A DNA stretch of 64,000 bases from a virus. Taxonomy: Duplodnaviria > Caudoviricetes. The stretch lies in IMG/VR virus record IMGVR_UViG_3300042139_000023. One strand, 5' to 3'. Below, in pieces: positions 17,196-26,298 of the stretch. A program made the translations under genes and the position numbers. A model generated the notes under the pieces. The model ran no database searches and was not told the DNA's origin. It saw only the letters and a program-made list of their open reading frames with translations. The first letter of the stretch is position 1, and every line of letters starts with the position of its first letter.

Positions 17196-17399
17196 TCCCG
17201 CGCGCTCCCGCTCCCGGTCACGTGCTCCCACCTGCACGCATACACACATGATCATGAGCACTGCGCATAGCGAGCGATCACCCGTTCACACGCTCCCGCA
17301 TGGCACCCGTACCCGAGTGCGCCGTACCCGCTCACGTGCTCTCACGACAGGCACCCGAGCACGCGCACCGTGCGCGCATCCCGCGCGCTCCCGCTCCCG
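17196..17399 (+). repeat. 21-bp direct repeat, 2 copies
   Basis: TCCCGCGCGCTCCCGCTCCCG at 17196-17216 and 17379-17399. Confidence 0.9.
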
Positions 17400-17925
17400 C
17401 GCGCACCGCTGCACGCGCGTGCGACGCGCGCACCCTGGCCACCCCTCCCGCTCACATGTGTACTCACGTGCTCATCTGTGCTGATCATTCCCCTCAGCTT
17501 CACATTCTTCCCACACCCTTCCCTTCCCTCTCAAATCAGACATACCTACACACATGTTCCTGATATCCGGGAGCGCGCTAGACGTGCTGCACTCCGGGAG
17601 CATTCCGAGTTTCCGCAGGTCAGCAGCATGATCCCTGCAAACTCCGACATTCGGGACAACGCTGTGACCTGCGGTTTCAACAGTTCGTTGTACCGGTTTC
17701 GAGCGTCAGAAAGCGGAGCGATCCTGACTAAATAAGTAACTAAGAGTGGTTGACCCTCACTTGCTTCTCACCCTCTGTATATGCATTGCAGGTCGCAGCG
17801 CTGACGTGCGCGTACGTGCATGATTCGGACATGTGGGAGTTATGAGCACACATGCCGCCGCCTTCCTCACTCTCGAAACCCTCCCCGCGCTGCCTGTCTC
17901 GCGTAGCTATGTCCGAGTTTGTACA

Positions 17926-17941
17926 TGTGACCTGCGTCACA
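17926..17941. promoter_or_regulatory. CRP-consensus box TGTGA-N6-TCACA (copy 1)
   Basis: TGTGACCTGCGTCACA. Confidence 0.6.
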
Positions 17942-18170
17942 CTTTTATCGATGCTTGCTACACCTACCGATTTGCTCGCTCGTTTGCTCACCGCAAATTC
18001 TTGACCCATCTGTCGTACATGTCCGTTTCGTGTCGTGAAGTCCGGTACGATCTCCATGCCTCTGACCTGCACAAACAGATTCGTTCGTCGCATCGTCGCA
18101 GGTCCAAGAGTTGCGAGAACCTTTTTCGAGAAAATCTTGAAACTCATCGTTTCCGCAGGTCAGAGCCCAA

Positions 18171-18186
18171 TGTGACCTGCGTCACA
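18171..18186. promoter_or_regulatory. CRP-consensus box TGTGA-N6-TCACA (copy 2)
   Basis: Identical 16-mer TGTGACCTGCGTCACA. Confidence 0.6.
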
Positions 18187-19348
18187 GGTTGTAGGTCCTG
18201 AACTCCGGTAGCGCTCTGACCTGCACGTTTCTTGATCACATGACACGCCGTCAGCAACCCCACACTTGCAATGGCAGCCATGTTTCTGCTTGTGTTTGGC
18301 CTGTCGCCACGACGCGGCGCCCGCTCCGGCGGGACGCGGCGCGGGGCGAGTGCAGGGGCCCGGTTCCAACCCGGGCCACACCCGCCCGGGTGTTCCTCCG
18401 CTTCACGTGGGGGGTGACCGGGGAGGGCTCACACGAACTCTGTGACGCATGCGGTTCGCCGTAGCGACGTCGGGAGGGGAAACGGGAGGCACGATCCCCG
18501 GGTGAGGCGGACGGGAGCGAAACGCGCTAGCCGTAATGGCGCGGGAAGCACTCGAATGCGGTTCCTTGTGATCCTCGGAGCCCTTTCGCACACGATCCCC
18601 GGTAACCCGGGAGTGCGGGAGCGGCGCAAACGGCAAGCCACGCGGTCCCCTAGGGGGCGCCGGAAAGCGTGGCCACTCGAACCGGTGGGAGGGGTCACCC
18701 TTTTGCCAGTCGGGAATACGGCGCACGGAGTACGTGACCACTTGCCGGAATGCCTTACAGCCGCAACCTACGCGGACAGGGAATCCGGGAATGTCACAGG
18801 AAACGTGTTAAAGCGTTAGTCCGGTTCCCGCGAGTTGCGGCGCACGCAAGTACGGCCCTCTAGTCCGGGAGGTCAACCACAAGCCACGTGGGGAAACCGG
18901 GGGAATGGTGGGGAAAGCGTGTCGAAATAGTCAGTCCGCAGCAAAACCCGTTTCACCACTGGTTCGAGCCAAACGCACTATGCGGGTACGGCATAGATGA
19001 TCACGCACTCTCCCGGGAGGGGTTCCGGGGGTGACGTGCGACGGTACGGCGGGATACCAGGGGTGTCGGAACCCTTGCCCGTGACGGACGGGAGCGCTTA
19101 GCGCTTCCGTCCCCCGGGGGATTCGGACGCGACACGTTGCGACGCGCCGGTTTCCACACGGAAATACGGGACGCGCTCTGATGTGGCGCCGTTTCCCCCG
19201 GGATGCTCCACACTCACCGTGCGGTGAGCACGAACGGACAACACGGTTTCGGTCCGGTAGGCAGGGAGGCTAGAACTCCCGTGACGCTACGACGGGGAAA
19301 CTCTGTCCGTTCTTCCCTCCGCACGGAGGTTCGGGAAGGATTCCGGCA

Positions 19349-19528
19349 ATGGTGATCAGGCTTGACAACGGCGGAACGGTGACGGTCTCGGAAAGCGGGA
19401 TCACGTACCGCCGGGGGCGCGAGATTCAGTGGCGCCCCCTCCCCGGGACGTACAGCGAATCGGCCGAATGGCTGGACACGTTGGCGAACGGGAATGCGGG
19501 AGTTCTGTTCACGTCGCGTAAGGCGTGA
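19349..19528 (+). CDS. Small hypothetical protein (59 aa, below the track cutoff)
   Basis: Hand translation MVIRLDNGGTVTVSESGITYRRG...; GGAAGGA upstream. Confidence 0.55.
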   Translation: MVIRLDNGGTVTVSESGITYRRGREIQWRPLPGTYSESAEWLDTLANGNAGVLFTSRKA

Positions 19529-19587
19529 ACTGTCGGCAGACGTCGCACACGAGAGATGCGACGCGGACAACGGAAAGCGGGAAGATC

Positions 19588-21339
19588 ATGAACGTTGCGG
19601 GCAAGGTGTTGGCGGTTTCGGGCGACGGTTTCGCTCGGATGTACGGGCAGGGTGAGCGGGGCGCGGGACACGCGGTGTTCATTCCGGCCGGTTGCCAGGG
19701 TGACCCGTTGGGCGGGAGCGGCGCCCGGATCACCCGGGCATGCGGGAGCACGCTCCCGACGGAAAAGGCGGCCGAGAAATTCCAGGGTGACAAGCGGTGC
19801 CCGAAGTGTGTCGAGTGGCTGGCCACGACGGACGGGATCGCTGCGCTCGAATCGGCCCGTGCGGAGCGTCACGCGTGGGAGTTCGGCGCGGACGACATGG
19901 CGGAACTGTTCAGCGTGGCGGAGGTGAACGGAACGGACACCCGGGAGGACTCCGCCACGGTGACCCCGGGCGAGATTGCCAAGGATGCGGCGGCGGCGGG
20001 TGACCCCGTGGGCAAGCGTGCGGCGGCCGTCAAGCGGGAGCGCAAGCGGCTTGCAGACCAGCGGGAAAAGCGGGAGGCCGCTAAGCGGGAGAACTCCGCC
20101 ACGGTGCCCCCGGCGGCGCCGGAGAGTGGCGCGGTCGGAATCACGGGACTGACGCACGCTGAGATGCGGGAGGCCACGGAGCGGTTTTACGCGAACGGTG
20201 GCAAGCCTTCGGCTGAGATCCTGGCACTTCCGGCGCCCGGAATGGTGAGCCTGGCAAGCGGGACGGTTTCCGGGAGTGCGGCCGAAATTCTGGTCTGCAC
20301 GTTCAAGGGTGAGGTTTCCACGGTCAACCCGGAGCGGACGCACGGGAAGTGCCCCGACTGCACCACGTACATTCCGCTTCTGCCCGGGGGCGCGGGAGGC
20401 AAGGAAACCGGCCCGAAGGTTTCCAAGATCAAGTGCGAAGGGACCGGCAAGGCTCCGGCGCCCGGGACGCGCGTGATGCGCGATGACCACACGGTGAGCG
20501 TGGCGGACGACTACGACGGCAAGCACTCCGGCAAGTGCCCGGAGTGCGCCCGGGTGATCGCTGTCAGCCGTGAGGGCGGCATGCGCAAGCACAACGGTTT
20601 GGAAGTGCGGGAGGACTCCGGCCCGGACGCGGACAAGATCGGCAAGCACAACGTGGGCGGGGTCGCGACTCCGGCCGGTAAGGGCCTGTCGTCCAAGTCG
20701 ATTGACACCGTGGAACACGGGAGCGTGCCCGGTGACCCTGCCTCCGCTGACAAGCGGCGCGCGGCGGAGATCGAAGAGCGGGGCGCGGACGCGCGGGAGT
20801 TCAAGGGCGGCGCGGACACGGGCGCCACGGTGCGCAAGGGTGCGCGGCTCGCACTGTCCCGGGGTCACGGTTCGGTGGACGGGAGCGCGACGACCGGGAG
20901 TCAGAACATGGCGCCCGTGCAGCCCAAGGGATGGGTGGGGGTGGCCGGTACCGGCTCCCTGCCCGCGATGGTCCGGCCCGGGATTGACCCGGAGGTGACC
21001 GGCCGTGAGTGCGTCGTCTGCGGGGAACTCCCGGAGATTGCGCACGCGGGCAAGTCGAAGGGTTGGCGGCGGCGCCACTCGTCGAAGGTGGGCGCGGTGC
21101 TGCGGGACCGTAAGGCGCAGCGGGAGGCCAAGCGCGCGGCGCAGATCGAAAGCGGGGAGATCGTTCCCGCCCCGGTCAAGCGGGAGGCTCGTAAGGCGGC
21201 GTCGGTCGGATCGTTCAGTGAGGGCAACGTGAACGGGACCGTGACGCACGCGCCCCGCCCGGAGTTCGCCCCGAAGGGGACGCGCAAGCCTGCCCCGAAC
21301 GGTCAGAAGCATACCCGCCGGAGCGGTCGCGCAGAGTAG
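19588..21339 (+). CDS. Large multi-zinc-ribbon protein
   Basis: RBS GGAAAGCGGGAAG; CPKC, CPDC, CPEC and CVVC motifs; basic C-terminus. Confidence 0.75.
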   Translation: MNVAGKVLAVSGDGFARMYGQGERGAGHAVFIPAGCQGDPLGGSGARITRACGSTLPTEKAAEKFQGDKRCPKCVEWLATTDGIAALESARAERHAWEFGADDMAELFSVAEVNGTDTREDSATVTPGEIAKDAAAAGDPVGKRAAAVKRERKRLADQREKREAAKRENSATVPPAAPESGAVGITGLTHAEMREATERFYANGGKPSAEILALPAPGMVSLASGTVSGSAAEILVCTFKGEVSTVNPERTHGKCPDCTTYIPLLPGGAGGKETGPKVSKIKCEGTGKAPAPGTRVMRDDHTVSVADDYDGKHSGKCPECARVIAVSREGGMRKHNGLEVREDSGPDADKIGKHNVGGVATPAGKGLSSKSIDTVEHGSVPGDPASADKRRAAEIEERGADAREFKGGADTGATVRKGARLALSRGHGSVDGSATTGSQNMAPVQPKGWVGVAGTGSLPAMVRPGIDPEVTGRECVVCGELPEIAHAGKSKGWRRRHSSKVGAVLRDRKAQREAKRAAQIESGEIVPAPVKREARKAASVGSFSEGNVNGTVTHAPRPEFAPKGTRKPAPNGQKHTRRSGRAE

Positions 21340-21418
21340 TCCGCAACGGTCCGGAAGTCGAAGAGCGAAACGGGCCCCGGGAGATCCCCGGGGCCCATCG
21401 GAAAGGGGAACACGGGAC

Positions 21419-22087
21419 ATGAGCACGATCACGGTTGCGCAGGGTATCGAGGACGCGCGGGAGCGCGTGACGCCGTTCTTCGAGGGACTGCGGGAGGACA
21501 TGACGGCCCACTTCTGGGAGACGTTCGGCGCGGCGGCGGCGGCCTACCGGGGCGCACGGTCGGAGGGTCCGGCGGCGGACCGGTTCGCGGGAGTGGTCGG
21601 CGAACTGATCCGGGACGCAAAGGGGACCGCGAGTGACCCCGTGCTGCGCCGTGGCGCCCCGCTCCCGGCCGAGTACGGCGCCCCCGCGCGGGAGGTCCGG
21701 GAGATCCCTCCCATGCCCCCACGTGCCCCGTGGGCGACCATGCCGACCGACGGGAGCGGGAGGCTCACCCTGCCGGAACGGATCCTGTACAGCGTGATCG
21801 GTGGCGCGTGCGCGGCGGTCCTGCTGATCCTCGGATTCCTGGTCTCGGGTGTCGGGAGTTCCCCGGACGCTCCGGCCACGGACACGCGCAACGCGGGGCA
21901 GGTGGTCACGGACGCCGACCTGATCACGCAGGGTGGCTACTGGTCATGGGAGGTCGCGGAGTCGTGCGGGATGCGCGTTCCGGCCGAGTGTGACAAGACA
22001 CTCCGGGAGGTCAACGCGGCGGCGGAGCGCTACGGCGTGCGGGTGTGGGAGGACGGAACGATCTCCCCGCTGGGACGTCAGTACTGA
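21419..22087 (+). CDS. Membrane-anchored hypothetical protein
   Basis: Single TM segment ILYSVIGGACAAVLLILGFLV. Confidence 0.75.
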   Translation: MSTITVAQGIEDARERVTPFFEGLREDMTAHFWETFGAAAAAYRGARSEGPAADRFAGVVGELIRDAKGTASDPVLRRGAPLPAEYGAPAREVREIPPMPPRAPWATMPTDGSGRLTLPERILYSVIGGACAAVLLILGFLVSGVGSSPDAPATDTRNAGQVVTDADLITQGGYWSWEVAESCGMRVPAECDKTLREVNAAAERYGVRVWEDGTISPLGRQY

Positions 22088-22185
22088 TCACGGCCGTGCG
22101 GTCCGGTCGGACTCCGCCCCGGCGGGGTTCCGGCCGAATCGTCCGGGAGTGAGGGACGAGACATCGGAACGGAGAGGATTTGATC

Positions 22186-22584
22186 ATGGGTGCTGTCACG
22201 CTGGCCAAGCTGGGGGACGACGTCCGGGAGGACTTCCCGGGGGTCGGGATGAACTCCGGCGCGGGAGCGGTTCAGTTCATCGGCGACATGCCCGCGCGTA
22301 AGGTCGACGGCCCGCTGTTGCTGGTCGCGGGCATGCGCGTGAACCTGCCGGAGTCGGTCAAGGTGCCCGGCCCCCGGCGCGTCAAGGCGGTTGCCGTGGC
22401 GATCGAGCGCGACGGATTCCGGGACGCGGACGAGACCGTGCCCAGCTACCGGGGCGTGGTGATCACCGAGGATGGGGACGAGTACCCGACCGGCCCGCGC
22501 GGTGACATGGAATCCGTGCGCCTGGCGTGGCTGCGCCTGGCCGTGGAGTCGGGGACGTTCCGCCGCATCGCCCGGATGAGCTAA
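22186..22584 (+). CDS. Hypothetical protein
   Basis: RBS GGAGAGG. Confidence 0.75.
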   Translation: MGAVTLAKLGDDVREDFPGVGMNSGAGAVQFIGDMPARKVDGPLLLVAGMRVNLPESVKVPGPRRVKAVAVAIERDGFRDADETVPSYRGVVITEDGDEYPTGPRGDMESVRLAWLRLAVESGTFRRIARMS

Positions 22585-22596
22585 CATCCGGGACGT

Positions 22597-22607
22597 GGCC
22601 TAGGTCA
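22597..22607. promoter_or_regulatory. GGCCTAGGTCA operator-like palindrome (copy 2)
   Basis: Intergenic. Confidence 0.6.
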
Positions 22608-22638
22608 GACAGGAACATCGGAAGGGAGAAACGGGATC

Positions 22639-23022
22639 ATGCAGGAATCCATGACGCGCGGTGAGTGGTGGGACGAGTCGGCCCCGTACGGGCCGAACGG
22701 GTACACGTACGGGCGCGGTGAGCGGGTGGCGAACGCTCAGGTTGCCCGGGAGATCACGTTCGACATGCAGCCGGGTGACCCGAACTGTGTCGCGCGGGGT
22801 GTCGCCGAGATGACCGACGGCCGCGTGTACATGTTCACGGTCGTGCGGGAGGAGTTCGCCCGGCACTGCAAGGCGGACGGCCGCACGCGGCGCCGGTTCG
22901 CGGCCCTGTCGCGTCAGCCGTTCCGGGAGGCCGCTTCCGAACTGATGGCATGGGAGGTCGCCGGGCACCGCATCCGCCCGGCGGACGTGCCGGAGTACGT
23001 GAGGCAGATCAACGCGCTCTGA
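22639..23022 (+). CDS. Hypothetical protein
   Basis: RBS GAAGGGAGA. Confidence 0.8.
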   Translation: MQESMTRGEWWDESAPYGPNGYTYGRGERVANAQVAREITFDMQPGDPNCVARGVAEMTDGRVYMFTVVREEFARHCKADGRTRRRFAALSRQPFREAASELMAWEVAGHRIRPADVPEYVRQINAL

Positions 23023-23029
23023 CGTCGGG

Positions 23030-23083
23030 GAGACGCCCTAGGCGAACCGGTCCGGGAACGGACCGGGGCGCCGGGAGTGCCGC
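23030..23083 (+). ncRNA. Intergenic structured element, family 2 (copy a)
   Basis: GAGACGCCCTA-[stem-loop]-GGGAGTGCCGC. Confidence 0.5.
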
Positions 23084-23146
23084 CCGGCACTGCGGGCCCG
23101 GTCACATCGGATCGGGCCCATTGGTTCGGAAAGAGAGAAGATCAAC

Positions 23147-23554
23147 ATGCGTGCAGCATTCGCGGGAATCCTCGCCGGTCTCGTCGCCCTGTTCTCGCTG
23201 AGCGGGAGTGCGGAAGCGGCCCCCGCCCGCCCGTCGGTGAAGGTGGTCAAGTCGGTCTGCGAGACCGGCCACCGGGGCATGCCGGAGTACGACCGTAAGT
23301 GCCTGAAGACCGGGACGATCCTGGACGGGGTCAACCTGTGGTTCCGGTACATCGAGGGCGGCGCGGTGAGCAAGGCCGACCGCAAGGCGTTCTGCAAGGA
23401 CGCGACCAGCACGGGCCACACCCGCGCCGGGATCATCGACGGCCTGTTCGATGTCGCGTACGACAACTACCGGAACCACAAGCTGATGCTCTCGGTGGCC
23501 GGGACCGTCGGCGTGATGGACTGCCAGCAGCTCGGGGTCAAGATCAAGAAGTAG
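23147..23554 (+). CDS. Secreted protein with Sec signal peptide
   Basis: MRAAFAGILAGLVALFSLSGSAEA|A; four Cys. Confidence 0.75.
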   Translation: MRAAFAGILAGLVALFSLSGSAEAAPARPSVKVVKSVCETGHRGMPEYDRKCLKTGTILDGVNLWFRYIEGGAVSKADRKAFCKDATSTGHTRAGIIDGLFDVAYDNYRNHKLMLSVAGTVGVMDCQQLGVKIKK

Positions 23555-23574
23555 TCCGGCCGGACCGGCGGACG

Positions 23575-23604
23575 GGAGCGCGCGGGAGGGGGCCCGCGCG
23601 TTCC
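23575..23604 (+). ncRNA. GGAG...UUCC hairpin, family 1 (copy A)
   Basis: GGAGCGCGCGGG-loop-CCCGCGCGTTCC. Confidence 0.6.
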
Positions 23605-23645
23605 AGCCTGCTTGTCCAGTGGGAACCGAGGAGAGGGAGAAGATC

Positions 23646-23963
23646 ATGGCAAAACTTTCGGCGGCCGGGCGACTCGTGCTGTTCCTGGTCGACAGTCCGC
23701 ACGCGCACGTCAGCTACTCGCTGGGGGGCGGGTTCCGTCCGTCCGTCATCGCGTCCATGGAGCGGGGCCACGGGACGAAATCGAACCCGCGTGCCGACAC
23801 GGTTCTGAAGCTGATCGACGTCGGCGTACTGGCGGGGGCGGAGTTCGCCGATCTGACGCTGACCGACCGGGGCCGGACGATCCTCGCCGAACAGGTGGCG
23901 GCCGGGTGGGAGCTGGTCACCGGGACCGGTCACAAGCCGTACGTGCAGCGCAAGGACGCGTGA
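23646..23963 (+). CDS. Possible winged-helix-like protein
   Basis: TVLKLIDVGVL...LTLTDRGR pattern. Confidence 0.5.
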   Translation: MAKLSAAGRLVLFLVDSPHAHVSYSLGGGFRPSVIASMERGHGTKSNPRADTVLKLIDVGVLAGAEFADLTLTDRGRTILAEQVAAGWELVTGTGHKPYVQRKDA

Positions 23964-24049
23964 CCGGATGACGGGAGCGCCCGGGGTATCGGCCCCGGGC
24001 GCTGACGCCACCTTGTCACGGACCGAACCGAGGAAAGGGAGAAACGGGA

Positions 24050-24586
24050 ATGATCAAGCCGTACGGAATCAAGGTCACCGCGTACCGGGAGGGTTCGGAC
24101 TCCGGCATGTATCACGTGCGGGAGTTCGACGCGCCGGGACGTGCGGAAGCGGTCGCGGCCGTGCGTTCGTGGCTGCTGGTCGAGGGGTACGACGTCGACC
24201 GGTCCAAGATCGAAGTGGTGGCGGACGGGATGAGCCTCGCCGCTCACATGTCCCGGGAGCTGGTGAACCTGGGCGCCCGCATGTCCCTGCGCCACAGCGT
24301 GAGCATGGACGGCCCGCGTACCTGGGTGGACGGGAACGGCGAGCGGGGCGCGGCCGTGAAGCTGTGGGCGGCGAACGGGCGCGGCGTGTCGGTCTCGTCG
24401 AAGCTGGACGAGAACGGGTTCATTCACTCGGAGTTCGCGGCGATCCGGGAGGACGCGACCGACCGGCACGGGTGGGTGTTCGACGACACGGCACAGCACT
24501 ACCCGGAGCGCACGACGGTCGGGGACGGGTTCGACGGTGACGTGTCGGAGATGCTGACGCGGATCGTCGATCTGCCCCGGAAGTAA
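24050..24586 (+). CDS. Hypothetical protein
   Basis: RBS GAAAGGGAGA. Confidence 0.8.
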   Translation: MIKPYGIKVTAYREGSDSGMYHVREFDAPGRAEAVAAVRSWLLVEGYDVDRSKIEVVADGMSLAAHMSRELVNLGARMSLRHSVSMDGPRTWVDGNGERGAAVKLWAANGRGVSVSSKLDENGFIHSEFAAIREDATDRHGWVFDDTAQHYPERTTVGDGFDGDVSEMLTRIVDLPRK

Positions 24587-24612
24587 CGAACGGGTCACGA
24601 TGTAGGCGGACG

Positions 24613-24639
24613 GGAGCGCCCGGATCCTCCGGGCGTTCC
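24613..24639 (+). ncRNA. GGAG...UUCC hairpin, family 1 (copy B)
   Basis: GGAGCGCCCGGA-tcc-TCCGGGCGTTCC. Confidence 0.6.
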
Positions 24640-24661
24640 AGCCGGTCTATGATCGGGCAAC

Positions 24662-24671
24662 GGCCTAGGCC
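24662..24671. promoter_or_regulatory. GGCCTAGGCC palindrome (copy 3)
   Basis: Intergenic, downstream of TATGAT. Confidence 0.6.
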
Positions 24672-24704
24672 GAACGGGAACGACGAACGGAAAGAGAGAA
24701 GATC

Positions 24705-25082
24705 ATGGCTGCTGACCCTTACAACACGGGCCTTCAGAGCTGGCAGACGTTCATCACGGTCCTGCGGGCCGGGAAGGCGCTGAACGGCGGCGGGCACCGG
24801 CCGCGCGGCGCGGGTGCGGTGGACGTCATCCCGTCGGACGCGCCCGACGGGGGCGCCGGGAGCCGCACGGGTTCGTGGCTGGGCTCGGAGTGGGACGAGT
24901 CGGTCTCGCGCGCCGACAAGATCATCTACTTCTACAACACGCCGATCGCGTACACGATCCCGATGTTCGGGTGGGTCGTGCCGAACGTGAACCACACGGC
25001 CACCACGACCGGCGCGCAGAACCGCATCCGGGAGGCGCTGAAGTCGCGCGGGATCTCGTACGCGGAGACGCCGGGCCACTGA
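24705..25082 (+). CDS. Conserved-type phage protein (YNTPIAY...TT..QN..REAL)
   Basis: Recognisable Y-x-TPIA...S/T-x-TT pattern. Confidence 0.8.
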   Translation: MAADPYNTGLQSWQTFITVLRAGKALNGGGHRPRGAGAVDVIPSDAPDGGAGSRTGSWLGSEWDESVSRADKIIYFYNTPIAYTIPMFGWVVPNVNHTATTTGAQNRIREALKSRGISYAETPGH

Positions 25083-25106
25083 ACGACGGGCGCGCGGTCG
25101 CGTTCG

Positions 25107-25138
25107 GGAGCGTGCGGGGATCCGTCCCCGCCCGTTCC
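25107..25138 (+). ncRNA. GGAG...UUCC hairpin, family 1 (copy C)
   Basis: GGAGCG-t-GCGGGGA / TCCCCGC-c-CGTTCC. Confidence 0.6.
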
Positions 25139-25171
25139 AGTGCACGACCGGACGACGGAAAGAGGGAAGAC

Positions 25172-25507
25172 ATGGCGACGTACGAATACCTGAAGCCCGG
25201 CGAGGCGCTGGCCAGGGCGCACGAGAGCGCGCGGGACTTCGAGAAGATCATCGGGCTGCGCGGGATGGACGCCGAGAACATCCGGCCCCGGATCGAGCGG
25301 ACGCGGGCCGGGTACATGCACCCGCCGTTCGACACGTGGCGCGCGTACGGGAGCCGCGACCAGATGCGGGAGATCGTCAAGGTCGAGAGGACCGGCGGCG
25401 ACGCGGACCCCGGGACGATCACGGTCACGTTCAAGGGCGACGACGGCACGGAGGAGTCGACCTACCTGCACAGGTTCGACCTGCTCTGTGTCGAACGCCC
25501 CATCTGA
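25172..25507 (+). CDS. Hypothetical protein
   Basis: RBS GAAAGAGGGAAG. Confidence 0.8.
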   Translation: MATYEYLKPGEALARAHESARDFEKIIGLRGMDAENIRPRIERTRAGYMHPPFDTWRAYGSRDQMREIVKVERTGGDADPGTITVTFKGDDGTEESTYLHRFDLLCVERPI

Positions 25508-25521
25508 CGCGGTCGCGTTCG

Positions 25522-25549
25522 GGAGTGCCGGGAGGGGGCCCGGCATTCC
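25522..25549 (+). ncRNA. GGAG...UUCC hairpin, family 1 (copy D)
   Basis: GGAGTGCCGGG / CCCGGCATTCC. Confidence 0.6.
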
Positions 25550-25582
25550 AGTGCACAACCGACGGAAGGGAGAAACGGCAGC

Positions 25583-26023
25583 ATGGACACGACACAGCAG
25601 AAGATCGACGACATCCGGCGGGGTTCGCTGCTCCAGACGGCGGGCGGTTTCGTGATCGCCGATCTGGACGGATGGACGGCCGGGAGCGGTGACGGCCGGG
25701 TCGAGCCGCAACAGTTCCTGTACGACACGGACGGGCGGCGCCACTTCCCCAACCCCACGGACGGGACGCTGACGGTCGGGATCGCCACGTTCCGCACGCA
25801 GGAGTACGGCAAGGTGCCCGGGAAGGACACGCAGGGTCACGCGCTGCTCAACATGGTGCCGGGCGAGCCTCCGGCCGGTCTGTGCCCCGCGTCCCGGAAC
25901 CTCGGGAACAAGCTGTCGGTCTGGTCGTCGGGGACAGCGCTCACGGGTGTCACGTGCCGGGCATGCCGGAAGATGATCGGTCTCGTCAACACGGGTGCGC
26001 CCCGGCAGAGCAACGGGATCTGA
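25583..26023 (+). CDS. Hypothetical protein with C-terminal zinc-finger-like CRAC
   Basis: HALL...LC...VTCRACRK. Confidence 0.75.
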   Translation: MDTTQQKIDDIRRGSLLQTAGGFVIADLDGWTAGSGDGRVEPQQFLYDTDGRRHFPNPTDGTLTVGIATFRTQEYGKVPGKDTQGHALLNMVPGEPPAGLCPASRNLGNKLSVWSSGTALTGVTCRACRKMIGLVNTGAPRQSNGI

Positions 26024-26025
26024 TC

Positions 26026-26298
26026 ATGGACGAGTTCGCCTACCACTCCCCCGGCGCGAAAGCGGGGGTCCTGCACATGCGGGAACTGACGGACGACGTC
26101 TTGCGCACGATCGCCCGGGACGGGGACCACGTGACCCCGGAGTTCCGGGAGGTCTACGCGTTCATGGAGACGGTCAAGGACGGCGACCGCCCGACGAATG
26201 CCGATTGGGTCACCGGGAGGGCGATCGACGAACTGTTCGACCGGAACGTGATCGACGGTGAGCAGTGGGACCACATGCGGCGGGAGGCGGGGCTGTGA
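26026..26298 (+). CDS. Hypothetical protein
   Basis: Coupled ORF. Confidence 0.75.
   Translation: MDEFAYHSPGAKAGVLHMRELTDDVLRTIARDGDHVTPEFREVYAFMETVKDGDRPTNADWVTGRAIDELFDRNVIDGEQWDHMRREAGL

Larger units (their letters stand above)
16650..19340. other. Long non-coding segment; probable genome terminus or origin region
   Basis: No credible ORFs, lower GC, strand-skewed composition that flips at ~17.5 kb, several repeat types. Confidence 0.7.

Noticed and set aside
16650-18300. Possible CRISPR or mini-array
   Set aside because: Repeats are short, of several kinds and irregularly spaced. There is no constant repeat with unique, equal-length spacers and no cas gene.
18647-18656. CCCCTAGGGG as another operator copy
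   Set aside because: It shares only the CCTAGG core. Its flanks match neither the GGCCTAGGTCA operator nor the family 2 element, so it was left unassigned.
16650-19340. tRNA or tmRNA genes in the non-coding segment
   Set aside because: No cloverleaf with a T-loop GTTCRA and matching acceptor stem was recognised by eye. A tRNAscan-SE or Aragorn run would be decisive.
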